A stretch of DNA of 63,085 bases, filler included, from Chrysochromulina tobinii (lineage: Eukaryota): the NCBI GenBank assembly GCA_001275005.1. It is 4 parts of 4 records of this genome, joined end to end, with 100 filler letters (N's around TTAATTAATTAA, not from the genome) between each part and the next. Parts side by side here need not be neighbours in the genome. Positions count along the whole stretch, not along the records: positions 16,846 to 31,567 come from JWZX01000680.1; positions 31,668 to 50,710 come from JWZX01000682.1; 2 more parts are not named here. One strand, 5' to 3'. Position 1 is the stretch's first letter; each line of letters opens with the position of its first letter. Positions 19,515-31,955 of this stretch are shown here, in pieces. The translations under genes were made by a program, and so were the position numbers. The notes below the pieces were generated by a model. That model made no database searches, was not told where the DNA came from, and saw only the letters and a program-made list of their open reading frames with translations.

Positions 19515-22500
19515 ATGCACGCGGCAATGCTCCTCAGCTTGCTGTACCCGCCGATCACGGGCTACAGCGTGGCGTACGGCCCCGGGGCACACAGCGTGCC
19601 GCCGATCGCTCCGCAGCGGCGACCCGCGCCAGCGCGTGTGGCAGCTCTGAGGATGGAGGTGGAGGCGGCGGCGCCATCGGCGGTCCAGTTGGCTGTGTCC
19701 TCCACTTTCCAGCTCCCAGGTGGCAGCGCCGGCAGCAGCATAGGCAGCAGCAGCAGCGATGGCGGCGATGGCGGCGTCGGAGAGGAGGACTGGTCGTTCT
19801 GGCTGTCGCGCCCGCGATACGCCCGCTTGCGCGACATCGCCCTCTCCATCACCGTGCGAAGGACGGTCAACGAGGCCGAGCTCGCGCTCAAGCTCGCTCG
19901 GGAGTACTCGTCGAATCCGTCGCTGCTCCAGGATATCGACTTCTCGTCGCTGATCCTGCGGCTACAGAGAGACATCGACGTGAACAACGCGCCGCTCAGC
20001 GCCTCCGGGATGCTCTCGGCGGCCGAGCTCGACGAGATCTTGAAGCGCCAGATCGACGCGATCGCCGAGCTGAAGGCCAACCCTCTGGCGCTCGAGCTGG
20101 CGCTGGATGGAGCGGTGAGCGGCGCGGCGGGAAAGCTGCCCAAGCTGCGCCGCGTCATCTCGCGCGCTCGTGAGCTTCCGTTAACGATCGATCTGCCCGC
20201 CATCCAAGGAGACGGCGGTCTGGACTTCCGACTCGCTCTCAATGAGAGCAAGAATGTCGTCGAGGCGGTCCAGCAGGCGTGGCAGCGGCTGAGCGGCACG
20301 TCGCCCGAGAAAGAAGAGACTCTCATGACCCTCCAGCAAGAGTCGCGGGCGTTGCTCTCTCTACGCGCCGAGGCGACGAAACTCCGTGGAGGTGATGGCG
20401 TCTGATTGCCACTGATTGCCATTGATTGCCATTGATTGCCATTGATTGCCACTGATTGCCACTGATTGCCACTGATTGCCATCAGAGGCGACGAAACTCC
20501 GTGGAGGTGATGGCGTCTGATTGCCACTGATTGCCACTGATTGCCATTGATTGTCATTGATTGCCATTGATTGCCATTGATTGCCACTGATTGCCATCAG
20601 AGGCGACGAAACTCCGTGGAGGTGATGGCGTCTGATTGCCATTGATTGCCCTTGATTGCCATTGACTGCCATTGATTGCCATTGATTGCCATCAGAGGCG
20701 ACGAAACTCCGTGGAGGTGATGGCGTCCGATTGCCATGCGGCTGATGGCCACACGAGTGCAGCTGATTGCCACCCGACGCCCCTTGACGAACCCGACTCC
20801 CCTTTCGCAGGCATCAAGCTCGTGCAGCGCCAAAAGGAGCTCAAGGCGGCCTACCTAATTAGGTTTGGCACCTCGGCAGGATTGATGGAGGAGACGTTAC
20901 GCGCGGACGTGGCCATCTGCAAGCTCCAAAAGGAGCTCGGGCTCAAGTACGTTGATTGCCATTGATTGCCATTGATTGCCATTGATTGCAGATGATTGCC
21001 GATGATTGCCAATGATTCGCGAGCTGGAAGAGGGATCGTGGGCTCAAGTCCGCTCTCATCTTCGTGATTGCCTTATGATTGTGACTCGATTGCGACTGAT
21101 GATCCCTGATTGCGTCTCCCTAATATGGCAGGTCCGCTCTGCTCGAAATGGAGCGCATCTTCCTGACTCTCGAGTCTGAGCTCGCACTCACCTCGTCCCT
21201 CATCGACCAGGTGATTGATTACGTCTGATTGCATCCTGATGGGGACTGATTACTCTCGAGTCTGAGCTCGCACTCACCTCGTCCCTCATCGACCAGGTGA
21301 GGACCACTGAGGACCACTGAGGACCACTGAGTGCTATTTGATGACCTCCCATGACCTCCCATGACCTCCCATGACCACGGATGCTCCCCCGTCCGTCACC
21401 GGCCAGCTGCTCGAGGCCGTGCAGCGCTACGGCGAGATGGAGGCGAGATTGCACGCGATGGTGACCGAGGTGCAGCGAGATCAGCATGCACGCGTGGACG
21501 AGGATCAGCTACTTCAGCTCGAGCAGCAGATCTTCGTAGAGCTCTTGCAACTGGGGCTGCAGTCACAGGTAATTGACGACCTTTGAGTGCATTCTGACGA
21601 CATCCGATGACCTTTGAGAGCATACTGATGACATCCGATGACCTTTGAGAGCATGCTGATGACATCCGATGACCTTTGAGAGCATACTGATGGCATCCGA
21701 TGACCTTTGAGTGCATACTGATGACATCTGGTCGCATCTCGCAGGACACGGGTAGACCGGAAAGCTTCTCGTGGCCGCGCACGCGCGAGGCGCTCCAGGT
21801 CAATGCCAAGCGTGCCGGCGAAGGGCTTGCGTTCTACTCCCGAGGCCTCCGGCTCATGGGCGAGGATGTTCAGCTGATGGTCAATATGATCAGCCGCGCC
21901 GTCGTCCAAGGGTACGCTGATTGCGTCTGATTGCGTCTGATTGCGTCTAATTGCCTAATATGATCAGCCGCGCCGTCGTCCAAGGGTACGCCCAAGACGA
22001 CGCGAAGCTCTCTCACTGATGACTGATGACCTCACTGATGACCGTTGATCTCTCACTGATGGCCGTTGATTACCAAGGGTATGGGAAGCTCTCCCCACAG
22101 CAGAGGTAGGGGAGGCATGACAGTGCTCCCCACGGCGCCCTCTCCCCACAGGTACACCCTCAAGCCGCGGGAGGCGAAGTTGCTGCAGCGCATAGCCAAG
22201 GACCTCTTCACGCTCGTGCCCTTCGTCATCATCCTCATCATCCCTCTCTCGCCACTCGGGCATGTGCTCGTCTTCTCCTTCATCCAGCGCTTCTTCCCAG
22301 GTGATCTCCCGCTGATCTCCCGCTCATCTCTGACCTCGGATGACCTCGGATGACCTCGGATGATCACGGATGATCCCGGATGATCACGGATGATCTCGGA
22401 TGACACCTGATGACCCTTTGGAGTGCCTCTGAGCGCGATCTCGTCCTCGGCAGATTTCTACCCGTCGCAATTCACAGAGTCTCGTCAGAACATCATGTCG

Positions 22501-22849
22501 ATGTACTCGGCCATCACAGCCCCGAGCACAGGTGCGCTGACGAACCTCTGACGAACCTCTGATGACCTATGATTGCCTTCCTCATCACAGCCCCGAGCAC
22601 AGGTGCGCGGCTGAGCCTCGGTGCGGACCTCTGATGACCTATGATGAGGACCTCTGATTGCCTCCCTCATCAGGTGCGCGGCTGAGCCTCGGTGCGGACC
22701 CAGCAGAGCAGACGGAACAGGCGGGGGAGGTGGCGCAAGCAGTTGCGGGTGCGGTCATTGGCACCGAGGTGGCGCTGATGAAGGCCGAGGTGACGGAGAC
22801 GGGCAAGGCGGAGGCGGAGGCTACGGGCAAGGCGGAGACGAAGTCCTGA
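19515..22849 (+). CDS. LETM1-like protein, probably plastid-targeted; 8 exons
   Basis: Exons 19515-20391, 20811-20946, 21132-21210, 21407-21568, 21745-21911, 22152-22300, 22454-22531, 22674-22849, all GT-AG. Spliced C-terminal part reads [10 protein letters not shown]...[58 protein letters not shown] (LETM1-like). N-terminus looks like signal peptide plus transit peptide ending ALRM. Confidence 0.8.
20392..20810 (+). repeat. Intron built from (YTGATTGCCA)n 10-mers plus three copies of the exon end and donor
   Basis: Read directly from the sequence. Confidence 0.9.
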
Positions 22850-22976
22850 TCATGGCATGCTGGTGATGGCATGCTGATGATGGGCACTGTGGAGACAAAG
22901 TCATAAGTAGATAAAGGAGCAATGGCCGTCAGAAGCGTGAGTGCTGCGGCCGACACCGGCGCCGTTGGCGGCGCGA

Positions 22977-23081
22977 ATCACCGTAACGAAACGTCCATGG
23001 CCTGTGGGATCATCACCGTAACGAAACGTCCATGGCCTGTGGGATCATCACCGTAACGAAACGTCCATGGCCTGTGGGATC
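22977..23081. repeat. 35-bp perfect tandem repeat x3, downstream of the LETM1-like gene
   Basis: Unit ATCACCGTAACGAAACGTCCATGGCCTGTGGGATC, with no spacers. Confidence 0.95.
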
Positions 23082-23649
23082 AGCCTTTGGGACGCGATGA
23101 GGCCTCATGGCGGGCGTTATGAGGCGTCATGGCGGGCGCACACACGCACACACGCTATGAGCAGGCGCGCGCGTGCGGGGTGCCAGGTGAGAGAGAGAGA
23201 GAGAGGAGGACCTGAATCCCGCACTCTCGCAGTCACTTAGCCCCCCACTTTGCCTCCCCGCTTTGCCCCCCCCACCTCCAGCTGCTGGGGTGGGGGAAGA
23301 GCAGAGAGGACCTGAATCCCACAGTGCCGCCAGTTACTTTCGCCCCTCCCCCCTCAGTCTCGGGCGAGTGGTGAGACGAAGGTGCAGGAGCGCAACGGAC
23401 TGCGCGTACAGTGGGAGAATCGTCTCGGAATACATGTTGTAGTGCGTGTGTGTCGAATACATGTTGCACAGCAAAAACGAAAATACCGTCGTACAATTGT
23501 ACGACGTCCCCCCAATTGGATGAATTTTCTACTCAACTTTGTTGTCCGATTTGGAAAATCTCTGAAATCTCCGATGTGGCAAGTTGAAGTTTGAAAAAAG
23601 GGCGTTCGCGTGATTGAACACCCGATTGTGGAATCGCAAGTTTCGCGAC

Positions 23650-24003
23650 ATGCTTGAGGACTCTCTCGCGTCGCGGCTTGCCGAGAGGCGTCAGCTCAGT
23701 CAGCGCCGCCGCAGCGAAAGACCGGCTTCCCCCTGGGCTCAAGCGAGCATGAGCCTACGTACTCTATCACCTCTGTCACGTCGCGCAGAGACAGCGCGCA
23801 CGAAGTTGTTTTCCGATGAGAAGGAGCCCTTGGCCATGTTCTCGCCCGAATTCTTTTCGTTGGTGTACACCGAGCAGAAGCAAGATCGCGCGACCGGCAC
23901 CACGGAGCAGCAGAGGCGTGTGCTGCTCGCGCCCCGCTCACGCGATTCGTCGCCTCGACACGGGGGGACGCCATCACCGACGCTCGTACTCCCCATCTGG
24001 TAG
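23650..24003 (+). CDS. Hypothetical small protein (117 aa)
   Basis: ATG ORF (MLEDSLASRLAERR...) downstream of an AT-richer promoter-like stretch; no recognisable domain. Confidence 0.35.
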   Translation: MLEDSLASRLAERRQLSQRRRSERPASPWAQASMSLRTLSPLSRRAETARTKLFSDEKEPLAMFSPEFFSLVYTEQKQDRATGTTEQQRRVLLAPRSRDSSPRHGGTPSPTLVLPIW

Positions 24004-24636
24004 CCCCCCCCCCGTCGCGCGCTCGTGGGGATCCGCCCACATCCGAATGTCGACGATCTGCTCACCTACGGTCGGATAGGCTTCGATCGGGTAGGTGACG
24101 AACCCGGCCTCTCTGCTGACTAATGAGCTTCGCGGAGTGCTCTGCGATCTCATGCTCCGGTGTACCCTTGTAAAGGGTCTGGCTCAGTTGCGTGTGGCCT
24201 TCAGGATGAGCGTGACTCGCTCAGGCCGCGTACGGCTCCAGTGATGTCTACTTGTGCATTCCATGTATTCAGTGCGCGTGCGTGTCGGTGTGGAATCTGA
24301 CTCGTGCGCGTGCCGAGGTCAAAAGGGGAGGGGCTCAGGGCCGCCGGCTTGATGAACAAGCGGTGTCGTGTGTGTATCGGTCTGTATGGCGCTGGGTGTC
24401 TGCTGTGTCGGTCTCTCGCCGCCTTGAGCGCGGCGCGATCGTCGACGGTTCCTTATTTCTTCTAAGTCGAGAGTATCGGGAATAAATTTTAATATCCCGT
24501 ATGTGGTATGACTTCGATCGCCCGTCGCTAACGACACCTAAATAGAAACGATCAAAGGGATCGTGCGCGATCGCGATCGGGAGGCGAGATGTGGCGTGGA
24601 TCGACAAGTTGACTCTCGATACTCAAACTCGATCGG

Positions 24637-27600
24637 TCATCGCGTGCGCTTGGGCGCTGCTTTGGAGGGTTGCCTCGCTGTCGCGCCGCTCGACCCCTTG
24701 CGAGGCGTCGTCTTGGGCGCATGGCCGGACGAGGCTCGATCTCGCTTGGAGCTCGATCTCGGCTGAGCTGACGCCGCGCGCGGTGGCGTCGGGCTCGGCG
24801 GCGGCGGGTTCGGCGGCGGCAGCGGCGTGTGCCGCTGCCGCTTGCGTGCGGCCATGATGGTCTCGAATGCCATCTTTGTCTTCACGAAGACTTCGGTTGT
24901 ATCACGAGCCCTGTAATGACCGACGCAATCAGGTGGTCATCAGGAGTCATTATTAGTCATCAGGAGTCATCAGTAGTCACTCAGGGGGCAATCAGGTGTC
25001 ATCAGGAGTCACATCTCACGTTTGAGAGTCGAAGGCCGACGTTTTATCTGGGTGATAGACGAGCGACAGCTTCCGATATGCGGATTTCACTTCACTCGTC
25101 GAAGCGAAACGGCTGAGACCAAGCGTCGCGTATGACTCCACCAATGAGAGCCCGTCCCTCGCCCAGCGTGTGCCTGATGTGGACGAGAGACGAGGCGCCG
25201 TGGTGAGCACACGCATTCTCGGGCAGGAGCTGAGGGCATGGAAACCCCTTAATGTCCCAATCGAAGCATTTGGAGGTGCACTCAGAGGCACCCAGAGGCA
25301 CTCAGAGGCACTCAGAGGCACCCAGAGGCACTCAGAGGCACTCAGAGGCACTCAGACGCACCCAGAGGCACTCAGAGGCACTCAGAGGCAACCAGATGGG
25401 CACACCTTTAATGTCCCAATCGAAGCATTTGGAGGTGCGCCGGTCGCCACTGAAGATACACAAGCGCTCGAACGCCGTGCCGAGCGCGCGTGACCATTCG
25501 ATCTTGAGGCAGGCGTGCTCTTGCCAGCCACCGCCACCGAGCGCGTGAATGACGAACCTGGCGAGCCGATCGGGTCTGAGCATGCACATGCCGCCGCTGA
25601 CGAAACGCGCCGCGTTGAGCGTGCGCTCTCGCCCGTCGACGGTGAGTGGCACCTGATGAGGGAGGCAATCAGCCACCATTAGGACGCCATCAGTCGTACT
25701 CTGGACGTAATCAGTCCCCATCAGAATGCAATCAGACGTAACCGGTCCCCATCAGGATGCAATCTGACACAATCAGCGTACCGTCTGGCGCATGAGGAAT
25801 GCAATCAGCCTGATGAGGGAGGCAATCAGACACAATCAGCGTACCGTCTGGCGCATGAGGAATGCAATCAGCCTGATGAGGGAGGCAATCTGACACAATC
25901 AGCGTACCGTCTGGCGCATGAGCAGCCCTGCGAGCACCAGAGCCCAGAACGACGCGGCGACGAACCTGATGAGGGAGGCAATCAGTCTGATGAGGCATGC
26001 AATCAGATATGTGAGCCCAGAACGACGCGGCGACGCACGTGACGGCCAGTGCCGCGAGCAAAGAGCGGCGCGGCTGTCGTGTGGACGGACGTCGACGTAA
26101 CGACCGTAGATTGACCGCCATGGCCGCGAGCAGCAGAGGTAACGTGACGCCGCCGCGCCCGGCATCCGTCGCGGCGGCGGCGGCGCCGGGAAGCCAGAGG
26201 GGCGCATAGCCACACCTGATGAACGACACAATCAGAGGCCATCAGAGGCCATCAGAGGCCATCAGAGGCCATCAGAGGCCATTCAGAGGTCATCAGAGGC
26301 CATCAGAGGTCATCAGAGGTCATCAGAGGTCATCCGAGGTCATCCGAGGACATCCGTGGCCATCAGAGGTCACTCAGAGGCCATCAGAGGTCATTAGAGG
26401 TCATCAGAGGTGATCAGAGGTCATCAGAGGTCATCAGAGGTCGTCAGAGGTCATCAGAGGTCATCAGAGGTCATCAGAGGCATTTTGAGGTCATCAGAGG
26501 TCATCATCACCTCTCGATCACAGCGCCACCGAAAGCGCTCAGCGCGAGGAGCCTGTTGGGTACCGGTAGCCCCGTCGTGCCGGCAGCGAGGAAGAGGGTC
26601 AGCAGCGCGCAGCTTGCATGCACCTAATGAGGGACGCAATCAGAGGTATTTAGAGGTCCTCAGAAGAGGCACTCAGGGTTGCATGCATACAGTCATGCAC
26701 CTGATGAGGGACGCAATCAGAGGTATTTAGAGGTCCTCAGAAGAGGGTTGCATGCATACCGTCATACGGAGCGTGGGCGACAGCAATCAGTCTGATGAGG
26801 CATGTAATCAGAAGAGGCTCTCAGGGTTGCATGCATACCGTCATACGGAGCGTGGGCGACAGCAGTGGCGGGTCTAGACTGCTGCTGAAGCGCAGTGCGT
26901 GATATGTGAGCCACGAACCTGTATTCATGGTACAAGAGGCGACCCGTCGCTGTCAGTCGCCATCTGTCGCAATCAGACGCAATCCGACGCACTCAGTCGC
27001 GCTCAGTACGTGATGCGTGCGCCACGCACCCAGAGGCCATCAGAGGCGATACGCACCCTGAGCAATCAGTTTCAATCAAATGCAATCAAATGCAATCAGA
27101 GGCCATCAGAGGTCATCGGAGGCCATCAGAGGCGCCACGCACCCAGGGCAAGGTGCCAGCTCAGACTGATGAGGGAGGCAATCAGTCTGATGAGGCATGC
27201 AATCAGATATGTGAGCCACGCACCCAGGGCAAGGTGCCAGCTCAGACGATAGAGCAGCCGCACCGCGCCGGAGAGTACGCTGAGCTCCGAGGCCATCATC
27301 ACCGTCTCACTCGCTAGAGGCTGACCAGCGACGCTCTCAGCGCGAGTTGCCACATTTGGGGCGACCTTAGCGAGTTGCCATTTTTGGGTCGGCACAGCCG
27401 CCGCGCCGCCGTGGGCACCCCCCTTGTCAAGCACCGAGGCTAGCGAGGCTGGAGAGGCTTCGAGGCTAGCGAGGCTGGAGAAGGCCTTCGAAGCGTCTCT
27501 CGAGGCAGGCTTTGACGACACCGCACCTCGAAGCCTCGCGATGGCTCCGACGGCCCAAAGGCTCAGCTTGCCCACAGTGTCGAACGCGCCACCGCGGCTG

Positions 27601-28037
27601 CCGCCGCTCGGATGGGCTTCGGCCTCGGCCTGGCCGAGCTGTCGCACGTAGCTCGGGATGCGGAACGCGTCGCGCACCCAGCCGAGCAGGAACCCGTTGA
27701 GCGAGATCGACGAGACGAGCGCCTCGCAGTTCCGGCCGAGGTACAGATGATGTGCGCCGAAGATGCCAAAGAGGGCCCAGAGCACGTACGCGACGAGCAT
27801 CCGGAACACCGAGAACGGGACTCGCACGGCAGGAGCACCAGCCGGTGCGTGTGCCTCGTTGGGGACGGCGGCAGGCGCGGAAGCCGCCCGTGCTGCGCGC
27901 AGCTCTGAGGCGATCAGCAGCTCTCTGCGTGCTGAAACGGTCCGCCCGACGCCATGGAGCTGGCCATCAATGGCGGCGGTGCTGGAGAGCATGAGAAGCA
28001 GCAGGATGCCGGCTATGGGTGGCGAACTTCGTCTCAT
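24637..28037 (-). CDS. TM2-domain + multi-TM + C-terminal DnaJ protein (DNAJC22/wurst-like); 8 exons
   Basis: Introns 26919-27223, 26624-26838, 26216-26510, 25966-26038, 25653-25907, 25174-25405, 24911-25019. TM2 motif LVAYVLWALFGIFGAHHLYLGR...GWVRDAFRIPSYV; J domain YATLGL..SEVKSAYRKLSLVYHPDK..FVKTKMAFETI; signal-like N-terminus MRRSSPPIAGILLLLML. Confidence 0.82.
26216..26510 (-). repeat. Intron consisting almost entirely of (CTGATGRCCT)n 10-mers
   Basis: Read directly (plus strand CATCAGAGGT/C repeats). Confidence 0.9.
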
Positions 28038-28511
28038 TGTGGCTTTTGCAGTGGCTTTGAGGTACCGCATGTGAGGACGCCACCCTTCTGCGAGCGCGAG
28101 TGAATGGTCAACGGCGTGTGATGACGCGTGTGAATGGTCAACGGCACAGACGGCGCATTCTCTGCTCAAGCAAGGACAAAGTTTGTGGAGGTCCTGTAAA
28201 TCGTGACGCAAGGTTGGTAGTTGACCTACCTGACAACACGCGACAGAAGAACTGGCAGGTGCGTCGAAGCATTGCATGATAATGACGTGGCCCCGACCCA
28301 CCGCCATATCATAGCTGGACACGTCTCCGGGGATGGCAGGAGCAGGAACACGGCCAGGAACACGGCCCGAGCCACCGAACTCGCCGAGAGCACGTCGGAA
28401 CACATGTGTGTGCTGAGAGCACAGATCACAGCTCCGGGCGGGCGCTGTGGCGCTGAGGCAAGTATCTCCGCCCAAATCAGGCAAGTATCTCCGCTGTCTC
28501 GGGGCCGCCGT

Positions 28512-28600
28512 TAGGCGCTCTGCTGGGCACCCTCTGCTGCCGGTAGGCGCCCTGCTGGGCACCCTCTGCTGCTGTAGGCGCCCTGCTGGGCACCCTCTGC
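28512..28600. repeat. ~32-bp tandem repeat x3 downstream of the DEAD-box gene
   Basis: Unit approximately TAGGCGCCCTGCTGGGCACCCTCTGCTGCCGG. Confidence 0.85.
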
Positions 28601-28835
28601 CGCGTATGTCCACTCGTCCGCATGCCGCATGCATCGGCCGCCGCGCCGCGCCGTATCGAGCGCGCCGACGTCCTCATGCCGCATATGCATCGGCCGGTCT
28701 GACCGCGCCGTATCGGGCGCCCGCTGCGCACATCTCTCTCGCTCTCAGTGAGTCAGATGCCCCCTTACGCTCACACGCACGCACGCGCGCGCACCTCCCT
28801 CACCCTCTCTCGCGCGCGTAGGTGCGAACATCTGC

Positions 28836-31256
<2,421 letters not shown>

Positions 31257-31428
31257 GGACGGCGGTGTCGTGCGACGTCACCCAGGGGCTCGATTCCGCA
31301 AGAGACTGAAGATTCCTTTTGGACGAAAAACGGACGTCGACCCCCCCTACTAGAGTCTTCGCAAAACTTCCGAATCCAGCGTGAATATCCCGGCGTCTGT
31401 TTTGCGGAAATCCGCGCGATCGCGCCAA

Positions 31429-31567
31429 ATGCCGCCCAAGCGCGGCCGCTCGGCTGCCGAGGCCGAGGATGAGACGGCGCAGCTGCGCCGACACAAGAGC
31501 GCCTTCGAGGAGGCCATGAACGAGTTCCTCTGCCCCATCACCTTCTCGCTGCCCGTCGACCCCGTCA
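31429..31567 (+). CDS. U-box domain protein, 5' fragment (truncated at contig end)
   Basis: MPPKRGR...NEFLCPITFSLPVDPV matches the start of a U-box. Confidence 0.75.
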
Positions 31568-31667
31568 NNNNNNNNNNNNNNNNNNNNNNNNNNNNNNNNN
31601 NNNNNNNNNNNTTAATTAATTAANNNNNNNNNNNNNNNNNNNNNNNNNNNNNNNNNNNNNNNNNNNN
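31568..31667. other. Artificial contig linker
   Basis: 44 N + TTAATTAATTAA + 44 N. Confidence 0.99.
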
Positions 31668-31955
31668 AATACGCGTGGCAAAAGCCGCATTCGAGCCGGC
31701 ACACGGCACGCATGTGGGGCGTTCTCGGGATGAGCAAGTGTTCGGTTCGTACGAGTGTCAGCGTGCGTCGTCGTGCGCTCTCCATGCTACTCGGGCACTG
31801 TGTGTTAGGGCATGAGCCGCTCTCCGTGTGTGAGGTCGCGTGAACGGTTTCTTGGGTGGAAGGCCCGCGTCTAGCGGTTCACAGATCAGAATTTCAGACC
31901 CCCTGGTTCACCCGATCGGTCGAAGAGGCCCCTCCCTTTCCCGTTGCCTCGAGAA

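Noticed and set aside
21575..21730. ~31-32-bp repeats x5 as a possible CRISPR array
   Set aside because: Head-to-tail minisatellite inside intron 21569-21744, with no unique spacers.
22977..23081. 35-bp repeat x3 resembling a CRISPR repeat length
   Set aside because: Units are directly adjacent with no spacers, there are no cas genes, and the context is eukaryotic.
27126..28634. First 199 aa of the 502-aa ORF
   Set aside because: It overlaps the repeat-rich 3' flank of the DEAD-box gene. The signal-like start at 28037 is more plausible.
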